Below, piece by piece: positions 42,320 through 50,208 of a stretch of 64,000 nt of DNA (positions within the stretch are counted from its first letter, which is position 1; each line of letters starts with the position of its first letter). The position numbers were made by a program, and so were the translations under genes. A model generated the notes under the pieces. It made no database searches. It was given only the letters and a program-made list of their open reading frames with translations, and had not been told where the DNA came from. The stretch comes from Candidatus Omnitrophota bacterium. GTDB taxonomy: Bacteria > Omnitrophota > Gorgyraeia > Gygaellales > Profunditerraquicolaceae. The DNA lies in assembly GCA_041662125.1 (NCBI GenBank), contig JBAZTA010000003.1:331330-395329 (forward strand). The letters are read 5' to 3'.

Positions 42320-42405
42320 CTCCGCTTTACTTCTCTAACCACAACTTAAACATAACATAATACTATTATTTTGTCAAGCATTATTAACAAAAATAATTAG
42401 ATATT

Positions 42406-43665
42406 CTAACTAATTATGGTAATATCCTTATCTTGCAATAACTTATGATAAAGGATCTTAGGCAATATTAGCGTTATTTCAATTGAATCTGGCAAATATT
42501 TGATCTTTTCCACCCTTCCTTCTTTATAAAATAAATTCACCAGGCCCATCCGCGAGTTAGGGATCTTCAAATCGACACTAACCATCTTTGCCGCAAAATT
42601 TTTCTCTATCTCAGTAAATAGCAGATCAAAATTTGTTTTTAAAGTCGCGGAAATCGGCACCGGATTAACAAAGCCGGCTTTTAAAGTTTCCAGCCACGTT
42701 TTATCATCAAGCAGATCGATCTTATTCAAAGCAGTAATAATGGGACGGCTATCAGCGTGCAATTCTTTTAATACTTCAACCACCGATTCATGATGCTCAT
42801 AGACGCGCGGGTGGCTAACATCCAAGACATGTATCAACAGGTCAGCGTCAACGACTTCTTCAAGAGTAGCCTTAAAAGCCTCAATAAGATGGTGAGGCAG
42901 ATGCTGCAGGAACCCGACCGTATCAGAAAGAATAACCTGTTCCCCATTCGATAAAACCAGCTTTTTGGATAAAGTATCCAGGGTAGTGAACAAACTATTC
43001 GCGACAACCTGCCCTGCCCCGGTGAGAGCATTTAAAAGCGTTGATTTCCCGGCATTGGTATATCCTACCAAAGCAATTGACGGGACAGCATTATCTTTTC
43101 TTTTTTTCTTGATTGTCTGGCGGTGCTGTGAAAACCTGTTTAAATCAGTTTTAAGTTTATCGATCTTCTTTCTGATGCGCCTGCGGTCGACTTCCAGCTT
43201 CTGCTCACCAGGGCCGCTTGTCCCGATACCGCCTCCCGTCCGGGAGAGGATAATACCTTTACCGATGAGCCTGGGAAGCAGGTACTGCAGCTGCGCCAGT
43301 TCAACCTGCATTGTACCTTCAGGGCTATGGGCGTGTTTGGCGAAAATATCCAGGATCAGCTGAGTGCGGTCGATTGTTTTTCTGCCCAGGACCTCTTCTA
43401 AATTACGCTGCTGCGTCCCTGAGAGATCACAACTAAAAACCACTGTATCTACCCCTAACTCAGCACAAAGCATGCTTATTTCATCTGCTTTACCTTTACC
43501 GATGAAAAGACTCGGCGAGGGTTTTTCTATGATCGCGTTGACTTTATCAATTATCTGCGCGCCGCAGGTCGCAATCAACTCTTCCATCTCCTCAATAATA
43601 TCATCAATCCCCCAACTGCTCCTATCCGTCTTTAATTTTATGGTAACCAACAATACTTTTTCCAT
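42406..43665 (-). CDS. hflX: GTPase HflX
   Basis: HflX N-domain plus G domain (GYTNAGKSTLLN). Confidence 0.9.
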   Translation of the reverse strand: MEKVLLVTIKLKTDRSSWGIDDIIEEMEELIATCGAQIIDKVNAIIEKPSPSLFIGKGKADEISMLCAELGVDTVVFSCDLSGTQQRNLEEVLGRKTIDRTQLILDIFAKHAHSPEGTMQVELAQLQYLLPRLIGKGIILSRTGGGIGTSGPGEQKLEVDRRRIRKKIDKLKTDLNRFSQHRQTIKKKRKDNAVPSIALVGYTNAGKSTLLNALTGAGQVVANSLFTTLDTLSKKLVLSNGEQVILSDTVGFLQHLPHHLIEAFKATLEEVVDADLLIHVLDVSHPRVYEHHESVVEVLKELHADSRPIITALNKIDLLDDKTWLETLKAGFVNPVPISATLKTNFDLLFTEIEKNFAAKMVSVDLKIPNSRMGLVNLFYKEGRVEKIKYLPDSIEITLILPKILYHKLLQDKDITIIS

Positions 43666-43713
43666 ATGCTCTCTTTCATTAACGATTTTTGATGCTAGAT
43701 AATTATTCCCTCT

Positions 43714-43771
43714 ATTTTAAGACCGGGTCTTATCTACAGGTAAACCACCGTTCAAGACCCGGTCTTAAAAT
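43714..43771. repeat. REP-like palindromic hairpin, family member 2 of 2
   Basis: 18-bp stem with core AAGACCGGGTCTT / AAGACCCGGTCTT and a 22-nt loop, between the hflX start and the miaA stop. Confidence 0.5.
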
Positions 43772-43781
43772 TGCAACCACT

Positions 43782-44732
43782 TTACTTAGGGTTTAACTCC
43801 TTCATTATCCTACTTGCTACCTGTGACGGCTTTTCGTCATCACCTATCTCAACCCAGTGGATACGCTTATCCTTACGGAACCAGGTCAACTGCCTCTTGG
43901 CGTAATTACGGCTGTTTTTCTTCATCAAAGCTTTTGCTTCATCCAGCGAACACAAACCTCCAAAATGATCTTTGAGCTCTTTTATGCCAATAGCGCAGGC
44001 GGCAGTTTTGCTCAATTTTAAAGCTAAAAGCGATCTGACCTCATTGATTAACCCCTGGTCAAACATACTCTCCACCCGTTCATCGATCCTTTGATAGAGT
44101 TTCTCCCGCTGTTTATTCAAACAAAAAACCCGCACATCATAGGTATCAGCGAGCCCATGGCGATTTTTCTGCAGCAGCGAGATCGGCTTACCTGTTGCCT
44201 CAAAGACCTCTAAAGCGCGGATGATCCTTTTAGCATCATTGGGATGGATCTTTACTGCCGCATCAGGGTCAACCTTCGATAATCGTTCATGTAAAAAAGC
44301 ACTGCCCAACTTCTTTGATTCTTCATACAAACGGCCCCGTATCTCGGGGTTTTCTCCCTTTTCCTTAAAAATACCGTCAATAAGTATCGTCATATACAAC
44401 CCGGTCCCTCCGACGAAGATCGGCACCCTGTCATGAGCAAGTATTTTTTTGATCACCTTCAGCGCGGCAGCCCTGTATTGGGAAACATTATACTCTTTTT
44501 CCACAGAAACGATATCGAGCAGATGATGAGAGATTTTCTTGCGCAGCGCTTTGCCTGCCTTAGAAGAAATAATATCCATGCCCGTATACACCTGCATTGA
44601 ATCGCAGGATACAATTTCTCCTTTAAGCTTTACTGCGAGGCTTGCGGCACAAGCAGTTTTTCCGACAGCAGTCGGGCCAACGATAAAAATGACCTTTTTT
44701 TTCATAAGAAGCTGTTTACAAAAGCGCGGCAT
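43782..44732 (-). CDS. miaA: tRNA dimethylallyltransferase
   Basis: P-loop GPTAVGKT; MiaA length and fold. Confidence 0.9.
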   Translation of the reverse strand: MPRFCKQLLMKKKVIFIVGPTAVGKTACAASLAVKLKGEIVSCDSMQVYTGMDIISSKAGKALRKKISHHLLDIVSVEKEYNVSQYRAAALKVIKKILAHDRVPIFVGGTGLYMTILIDGIFKEKGENPEIRGRLYEESKKLGSAFLHERLSKVDPDAAVKIHPNDAKRIIRALEVFEATGKPISLLQKNRHGLADTYDVRVFCLNKQREKLYQRIDERVESMFDQGLINEVRSLLALKLSKTAACAIGIKELKDHFGGLCSLDEAKALMKKNSRNYAKRQLTWFRKDKRIHWVEIGDDEKPSQVASRIMKELNPK

Positions 44733-44740
44733 CTGCGTTT

Positions 44741-45562
44741 TTAGGGGGAAATTTTTGTGGGATATCCTTCTTGAGACAATTTATTTTCCAAAGCGGCCGC
44801 GTCATCACGCTTGCTGAACTTGCCAACACGCACGCGATAGAGCTGTTTTCCTTTAACGCTTGATACTTCTGAAAAAGCATCGTAGCCGCTTTTGCTTAAT
44901 TTATTGCGCAGGTTATTGGCATTGGTCAAACTGCTGAAACACCCCACCTGCACCGTATAAAAAGAGCCGTTTGAGAAATCAGCTAAAGCGCAAATATCGC
45001 TTTGCGCGCTTGATTCCAGGTTGAGCGGAAATTCCTGCTTTAATTTATCAGAAAACAACTTACCCTTTTCAACATCGCCGCGCTTATATGCCGTCTGGCT
45101 CAGGCGGCTGTAGAGCATCGCCTTATACTTAGTCTGCGGCTTACCGCTCAACATCTCTTGATAACACGCATCAGCCTTTTGAAAATTATTCTGGAAGAAA
45201 TAGGCATCACCCAACCCAAGAGCAGCTTCTTCCTTCATCGGGCTCTTCTTAAATTCTTTTAAAATAATCTCAAAAATATCTGATGAGCGAAGATAATTAC
45301 CATCTTTCAAATAACAAATCCCTAACAGGTAATACAACTGGTCAATATCAGGAGCATGGCCCGCGGCAGCCAGGATTTTTTCTCCTTCTTTAAGAGCTGT
45401 TTTATAATCCCCGTTTAAGAGATCGATCTTAAGCTTTTCCAGATTGAGCGCGAAAGCAAGAGAAAAAGTGAACAATAAGAAGGAAGAAGTAAAAAACAAA
45501 ACTTTTACTTTTCCTAACCTGTGTTCATTTTTTCTAAAATTCCCTTCTTTAAATCTTCTCAT
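44741..45562 (-). CDS. TPR-repeat protein with a C-terminal SPOR domain
   Basis: Signal/TM N-terminus, TPR-like repeats, C-terminal SPOR-like region (YTVQVGCFS...YRVRVGKFS). Confidence 0.65.
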   Translation of the reverse strand: MRRFKEGNFRKNEHRLGKVKVLFFTSSFLLFTFSLAFALNLEKLKIDLLNGDYKTALKEGEKILAAAGHAPDIDQLYYLLGICYLKDGNYLRSSDIFEIILKEFKKSPMKEEAALGLGDAYFFQNNFQKADACYQEMLSGKPQTKYKAMLYSRLSQTAYKRGDVEKGKLFSDKLKQEFPLNLESSAQSDICALADFSNGSFYTVQVGCFSSLTNANNLRNKLSKSGYDAFSEVSSVKGKQLYRVRVGKFSKRDDAAALENKLSQEGYPTKISP

Positions 45563-46734
45563 TATTCTTTACTCTTCCTGATTTTTTTAGAGATCTCTTT
45601 CTGTAGATCTAAAACCAATTTGTGGCGCCATTCTTTTTCCTTTTGAGCTACATCATCAAGCATATGCGCTGCTTCTGTGTGCGGCCGGGGTGAATATTTA
45701 AAAATATACGCTGCGTTAAACTCAACGCGTTTAACCAGATCATAGGTATCTTGAAACTCATCAGGAGTTTCCGTAGGGAACCCGACAATGATATCTGTGG
45801 TAAGGGAGGCACCCTTTACAATTTTACGATAATTATCAGCCAAGTCCAGATAAAATTTTCGAGAATACCCGCGGTTCATTGATTTTAATATCCTGTCCGA
45901 GCCTGCCTGAACAGGTAAATGCAGTGATTTTTTCAGTTTTTCCATGCCTGCGATCACATGGAACAACTCAAGAGAAGTATCTTTTGGATGAGACGTAATA
46001 AAACTAAACTCTTTTAATCCTTTAACGGCATTAACGAACTCAACAAGCTTAACGAAATTAACATCTTCATACTGGTACGCATTCACATTCTGACCCAAAA
46101 GTGTAATACTCTCTTTACCGGCTGCTATCGCTTCTTCGATCTCGCGTATGATATTCTGAGGGGCACGATGACGGATAGCACCCCGGACATACGGCACAAC
46201 GCAATACGTGCAAAAATTCGAACATCCTTCAGAGATGACTACAAAAGCATGGTTTTCATCTTCATAAAAGCCACTATGATAGATTACTTCAGGCCTGGCT
46301 TCTCCGTCAGTTTCCCAGATTTTTCTTTGGAAAAGAGCTTTCGGCGATGGCTGCTGGCTGACAGAGTAAAGATCCTTAATTATAGTGGGTATTTTATCAA
46401 TATCCGACGGCCCTACGACAAAATCCACAAACTCAGAACGCTCAAACGCTTTTTCCTTATAATTCTGTGCCATACATCCAAGCAAACCAACCATTGGCTT
46501 GCGGCGGTTTGATTTTGGTTTACAATATCGCCCTATTTCAGACCAGACTTTATCTTCGGCATGCTGGCGAACAGAACAGGTATTAAACAAAACAATATCC
46601 GGATCTTCTGCTTCTTGAACGATCTCAAAACCCGCGTTCTTCAAAAGCCCGCAGATCACCTCCGAATCCCTGACGTTCATCTGACAGCCGAAGGTGCGGA
46701 GAAAGACTTTTTTTATTATAATTTCTTTATTCAT
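45562..46734 (-). CDS. miaB: MiaB-family radical SAM methylthiotransferase lacking a C-terminal TRAM domain
   Basis: MTTase N-domain (FGCQMN), radical SAM CSNFCTYC; ends about 60 aa short of where TRAM normally sits. Confidence 0.75.
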   Translation of the reverse strand: MNKEIIIKKVFLRTFGCQMNVRDSEVICGLLKNAGFEIVQEAEDPDIVLFNTCSVRQHAEDKVWSEIGRYCKPKSNRRKPMVGLLGCMAQNYKEKAFERSEFVDFVVGPSDIDKIPTIIKDLYSVSQQPSPKALFQRKIWETDGEARPEVIYHSGFYEDENHAFVVISEGCSNFCTYCVVPYVRGAIRHRAPQNIIREIEEAIAAGKESITLLGQNVNAYQYEDVNFVKLVEFVNAVKGLKEFSFITSHPKDTSLELFHVIAGMEKLKKSLHLPVQAGSDRILKSMNRGYSRKFYLDLADNYRKIVKGASLTTDIIVGFPTETPDEFQDTYDLVKRVEFNAAYIFKYSPRPHTEAAHMLDDVAQKEKEWRHKLVLDLQKEISKKIRKSKE

Positions 46735-46828
46735 AATCGTTTATGTTGTTTTTATCTGGCCATCCGCATTCATCTACTTGAACAGATGAATGAGTACGAC
46801 TGCTCCCGGGCAACCGAACAATTTTGAC

Positions 46829-48004
46829 TTACGGGACAAAAATATTATGTTTTTTCGATTCATAAAGAAATTCTTTGTCAAAAATTGTTGCATTAAAAAG
46901 ACGTTCAATCTCAATCTTCTTTTCTTTCGTAAATTCTTCCCAATGCAATGGGGACATTACAAAATTTTCGGCATATTTTAAAACCATCTCAGACAAATAA
47001 TCAAACAACTTATTTTCATCAAGAACCTGCAACGGTCTAACATAACTTACAAACATCGATGTCTGGTGTTTCAGAGTTGCGTAAAAAACGTAGGTCTCAG
47101 ATGCTGAGGGAACTATTGTTATAAAGAAATACTTCGGCATCTCTTTATTATTGCTGAAGTCATTTGTCACATTGTCCTGACCGTCTTTTTCCGGTAAAAA
47201 TAGACTGCATACAGAAATAGGGATAGAAGTACTTATTTTTCTTACACCATATTCAAGGCAACTCAGAAAATTCCTTGACTGTAATACAGTCTCAAAATTT
47301 TTCTTCAGCAAACCCAAAAAGTACGTCGCCACGTAGCATCCGTATGAATAAAATATCGCAAATTGGACAACTGGCGTTTCAGGATTCCCTTCTTTATTAA
47401 TCAACTCCACTTGCTTTTTTGACATTTCGAATTGACGCGTTTTTGCAAACAACTCTTTTAACAATGCTCTGTAACACATTAAGAATTGACATTCAATATC
47501 AAATAAGCCGGGATCAGAAGTATCAATCAATTTAAATGTCTCATTATCATGTTTGGAGCATAAGCCAGTAAAGACTGTCGCTTCATTAATTCCAACACGC
47601 CTCATCCCAGCTACTGGCGGAATGTTAGGCTGGAAAGAAGCCCCAAACATAACTACATGGTTCGTAGTATCCATGAGCTGCTTTAATAACGATTTAGATA
47701 TTGAATGTGCTTTAATTGTTCCGGGAGAACACTCCTGTTGATTTGGATGAAAACATGGAATATTCAACTCGTGATAGGCCAACTTTTGAAACTTGCTAAA
47801 ATTTCTTTTTGTTTCCGCATCAGGTTTAAAGATATCCCCGTACTTTCTCTTTAATTCCTCCTTCGATAGCGTTGATAAATCTCTGAACCTTTCCATAAAA
47901 TCTACGGAATTCCGTCCTCTTTCAAGACAACATTTCTTATATTTCTTCCCGCTACCACAAGGGCAAGGGTTATTTCTGCCAACTTTCATATTAATCCTTC
48001 CCAC
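46829..48004 (-). CDS. SEC-C-motif protein with a roughly 350-aa uncharacterised C-terminal region. The track start is GTG; the likely real start is ATG at 47989, preceded by a GGAAGG SD.
   Basis: N-terminal NPCPCGSGKKYKKCC SEC-C metal-binding motif; no family recognised for the rest. The coding sequence is visibly more AT-rich than its neighbours. Confidence 0.6.
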   Translation of the reverse strand: MGRINMKVGRNNPCPCGSGKKYKKCCLERGRNSVDFMERFRDLSTLSKEELKRKYGDIFKPDAETKRNFSKFQKLAYHELNIPCFHPNQQECSPGTIKAHSISKSLLKQLMDTTNHVVMFGASFQPNIPPVAGMRRVGINEATVFTGLCSKHDNETFKLIDTSDPGLFDIECQFLMCYRALLKELFAKTRQFEMSKKQVELINKEGNPETPVVQFAIFYSYGCYVATYFLGLLKKNFETVLQSRNFLSCLEYGVRKISTSIPISVCSLFLPEKDGQDNVTNDFSNNKEMPKYFFITIVPSASETYVFYATLKHQTSMFVSYVRPLQVLDENKLFDYLSEMVLKYAENFVMSPLHWEEFTKEKKIEIERLFNATIFDKEFLYESKKHNIFVP

Positions 48005-48096
48005 CCATCCATAAAGGCTCTCATTATTGTTTCCATCGTCCTCCTATAGCGCAGCCATCGCCCAGCCGAAAGTGCGGAGAAAAACCTTACATCGAT

Positions 48097-48198
48097 ATAT
48101 AGGGGACGTTTCTATTTTTCCAGCCACACGGAACTTTCCCTTTTATAAAAATAATAATTTACTAACACTTTCTCAATTAATAGAAACGTCCCCTATAT
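48097..48198. repeat. 19-bp perfect inverted repeat pair enclosing a 64-bp AT-rich spacer (MITE-like or structured element)
   Basis: ATATAGGGGACGTTTCTAT (48097-48115) and its reverse complement ATAGAAACGTCCCCTATAT (48180-48198). The right arm overlaps the stop codon of the hydrolase gene. Confidence 0.5.
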
Positions 48199-49086
48199 CT
48201 CCTTTTTTTCCTTTGTTTCAACAAGAACTCTATTGATCATCCGCTCCAGTAGCACATTGAACTGGCCCGGGTCTTCCAGCATGATGAAATGACCGCGTCC
48301 TTTCATCAGCACCATCTCGTATGACGGCACAAGCTTTTTGTTGCCATCAACATTGGTCGGCCACAGGTCGGAGTTAACACTTTTAAGCGGCACTTTTAGA
48401 TCCTTGATCAGCTCCGGATCCGATACCTTGAAGTATTCCTTCATCGAACTCAACGCCACATCCTGCGGAGCCGATGACATATCCCGGGCGACCGCCTCGA
48501 CCAGGGCTTTATCGGCGTTCGCCGGGAACATAGTGCGGACAAACTTCTGCACCTCCGGAACAAAATCCGCAGCGATCGGCTCATAGATATTGTTTTTTAC
48601 CTCATCCGGATAAACCATCCCTAGATCTTCAAGAGTATCTACCCCCACTAGGCCAATAACTCTTTCAGGCGCGATCTTAGCCGCATACAGAATTATCTCT
48701 CCTCCCATTGAATGGCCCACCAATACTGCTTTCTTCACATCAAGCTTCCGCAATACTGCAGCCACGTCCTGGCCGAACGCTTCTGTGGTATAGACTTTCC
48801 TGCCGAAACCGGAATTGCCGTGTCCGGCCAAGTCGACGGTGATTACCCGGTATTTCTTCGTGAAATACGGGATTTGATTGTGCCAATAGCGGCTATCGCA
48901 GCTCCACCCGTGGACAAACACTACGGTCGGATCAGTTGCCGGGCCGTACACCGCGTAGGCAATCGGCACGTTGTCCGCTGAAAGAACATTGGCAATCAAT
49001 TGCGTATTATGTATAGGAGACCCGCAACCACACATACACAAAATACTCACAATAAGCAGAATACTATAATGAGTTAATTTAACCAT
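48193..49086 (-). CDS. Secreted alpha/beta hydrolase
   Basis: Signal peptide with a Cys-rich end, HGWSCD oxyanion region, GHSMGG nucleophile elbow. Confidence 0.8.
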   Translation of the reverse strand: MVKLTHYSILLIVSILCMCGCGSPIHNTQLIANVLSADNVPIAYAVYGPATDPTVVFVHGWSCDSRYWHNQIPYFTKKYRVITVDLAGHGNSGFGRKVYTTEAFGQDVAAVLRKLDVKKAVLVGHSMGGEIILYAAKIAPERVIGLVGVDTLEDLGMVYPDEVKNNIYEPIAADFVPEVQKFVRTMFPANADKALVEAVARDMSSAPQDVALSSMKEYFKVSDPELIKDLKVPLKSVNSDLWPTNVDGNKKLVPSYEMVLMKGRGHFIMLEDPGQFNVLLERMINRVLVETKEKKEI

Positions 49087-49160
49087 AGCGTTAATTCCTT
49101 TTTTTAAGAGTTGGGCAACTTCTATTTATTGACTCAACTCTTTGGGTCACTATCGCTTAA

Positions 49161-49251
49161 CTTCTTCAATATCCCCAAAATCATCACGCGGTACTTGCAC
49201 CATCGGTCAGCCAAAATTTTTAATGAAAACTTTCTTTGTATTTTCTTTCAT
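49161..49251. repeat. Copy A of a roughly 90-bp imperfect direct repeat (about 70% identity to copy B)
   Basis: Shared blocks CTTCTTCA, CAAAATCATC, ACCATCGGTCA(G/A)CCAAAA, and a GAAAA-T-rich tail ending TTTCAT. Lies upstream of the hydrolase gene. Confidence 0.5.
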
Positions 49252-49300
49252 ATCAATAAGTTATAATTTCCAGTCAAGTGTATAAAACTGTACAAATATT

Positions 49301-49438
49301 CTATTTCTTCTTGTCCTCACACTTATTACATAATTCAGAGTCCTTTGCAGATGGGCGTATACCAAATAGCTTAGATGCTATTACCTTATACAAGAATCCC
49401 TTTAAGGGAACCTTACACTTTTTACATTTCTTAGCCAC
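49301..49438 (-). CDS. Unannotated small zinc-ribbon protein (45 aa, GTG start), absent from the ORF track
   Basis: Strong SD AAAAGGAGAAG 5 nt before GTG. Protein VAKKCKKCKVPLKGFLYKVIASKLFGIRPSAKDSELCNKCEDKKK has CxxC-x29-CxxC; a TAAAAT -10-like box lies upstream. Confidence 0.5.
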   Translation of the reverse strand: MAKKCKKCKVPLKGFLYKVIASKLFGIRPSAKDSELCNKCEDKKK

Positions 49439-49510
49439 AACTTCTCCTTTTGAAGTTATATTTTAACACAAAAAATGGCAGATATAAAGTAAAACGGTCA
49501 AAAGCAAAAG

Positions 49511-49546
49511 AAAGGGGCATTCAAAAAAGTCTTTAAATGCCCCCTT
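49511..49546 (-). terminator. Intrinsic terminator downstream of the small membrane protein genes
   Basis: 8-bp GC-rich stem GGGGCAUU/AAUGCCCC with a 14-nt loop, followed on the minus strand by UUUCUUUUGCUUUUG. Confidence 0.55.
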
Positions 49547-49602
49547 ATATTACAGTAATTCTTCTTTAAGCTCTGTTGTCAGTAAAGAGTTAACACAATT
49601 TA

Positions 49603-49914
49603 TTAAGTCTCTGCATACTTTACTCTTTTACTCATTATTGCAGCTACTGTTACCATTATTCCCCATATTAGAAAAATAGATAGAGTCATAGGTATACCCA
49701 CCCTCATCATCTCTGGAAATACTTCAGGCAAACCTGCGGTCAGAAACGGCGGATAAAGAACGATTTCTCCGTGAGCGATATGTTCGACTGCTAACATTAC
49801 GACCCCACCCCACATCATTGAATTTAACCAATTGAGATGATATTTTTCGGGAACCTTCTTTCCGACAGCAGTTGTTACTATTGCCGCAGCCGTAGGAACT
49901 AGAAAACAAGCCAT
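49603..49914 (-). CDS. Small 3-TM membrane protein, paralog 1 of a tandem pair
   Basis: Shares the motif P-x-x-Y-x-L-x-(W/F)L-x-x-M-x-WGG/A-x-x-M-x-x-V-(E/D)-H-I with the adjacent gene. Confidence 0.6.
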   Translation of the reverse strand: MACFLVPTAAAIVTTAVGKKVPEKYHLNWLNSMMWGGVVMLAVEHIAHGEIVLYPPFLTAGLPEVFPEMMRVGIPMTLSIFLIWGIMVTVAAIMSKRVKYAET

Positions 49915-49917
49915 ACT

Positions 49918-50196
49918 TCACCTCCTTTTTAAATTTGAGATCAATAATGAAATTCCCCATATTGCAAACACAGGCACTAACATTGCTATTCCTAACACAG
50001 CGCTATTAGCAATCATCCCATCGGTTGTTTTCTCCAGGAATGCACCTCCTGCATATCCTAAGATATGGTCGACAAGAATCATTGCTGCCGCTCCCCAGAG
50101 CATTAAAGCCAAAAAACCTAGATTGTAATCCTTGGGCAAAACAAACTTCCCTAAAGTCGCACCCGCTGCCGCAATAGAAGTTGTTGCTAGCCACAT
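49918..50196 (-). CDS. Small 3-TM membrane protein, paralog 2 of a tandem pair
   Basis: Paralogous to 49603..49914 with the same conserved D/E-H-I motif; 3-nt spacing. Confidence 0.6.
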   Translation of the reverse strand: MWLATTSIAAAGATLGKFVLPKDYNLGFLALMLWGAAAMILVDHILGYAGGAFLEKTTDGMIANSAVLGIAMLVPVFAIWGISLLISNLKRR

Positions 50197-50208
50197 TTTC
50201 CCCTCCTT

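Noticed and set aside
49096-49142. Hairpin AAGAGTTG...CAACTCTT between the hydrolase start and repeat copy A
   Set aside because: The T-run precedes the stem on the plus strand, so an A-run follows it on the minus transcript. It does not fit an intrinsic terminator on either strand. It is probably just 5'-UTR structure of the hydrolase mRNA.
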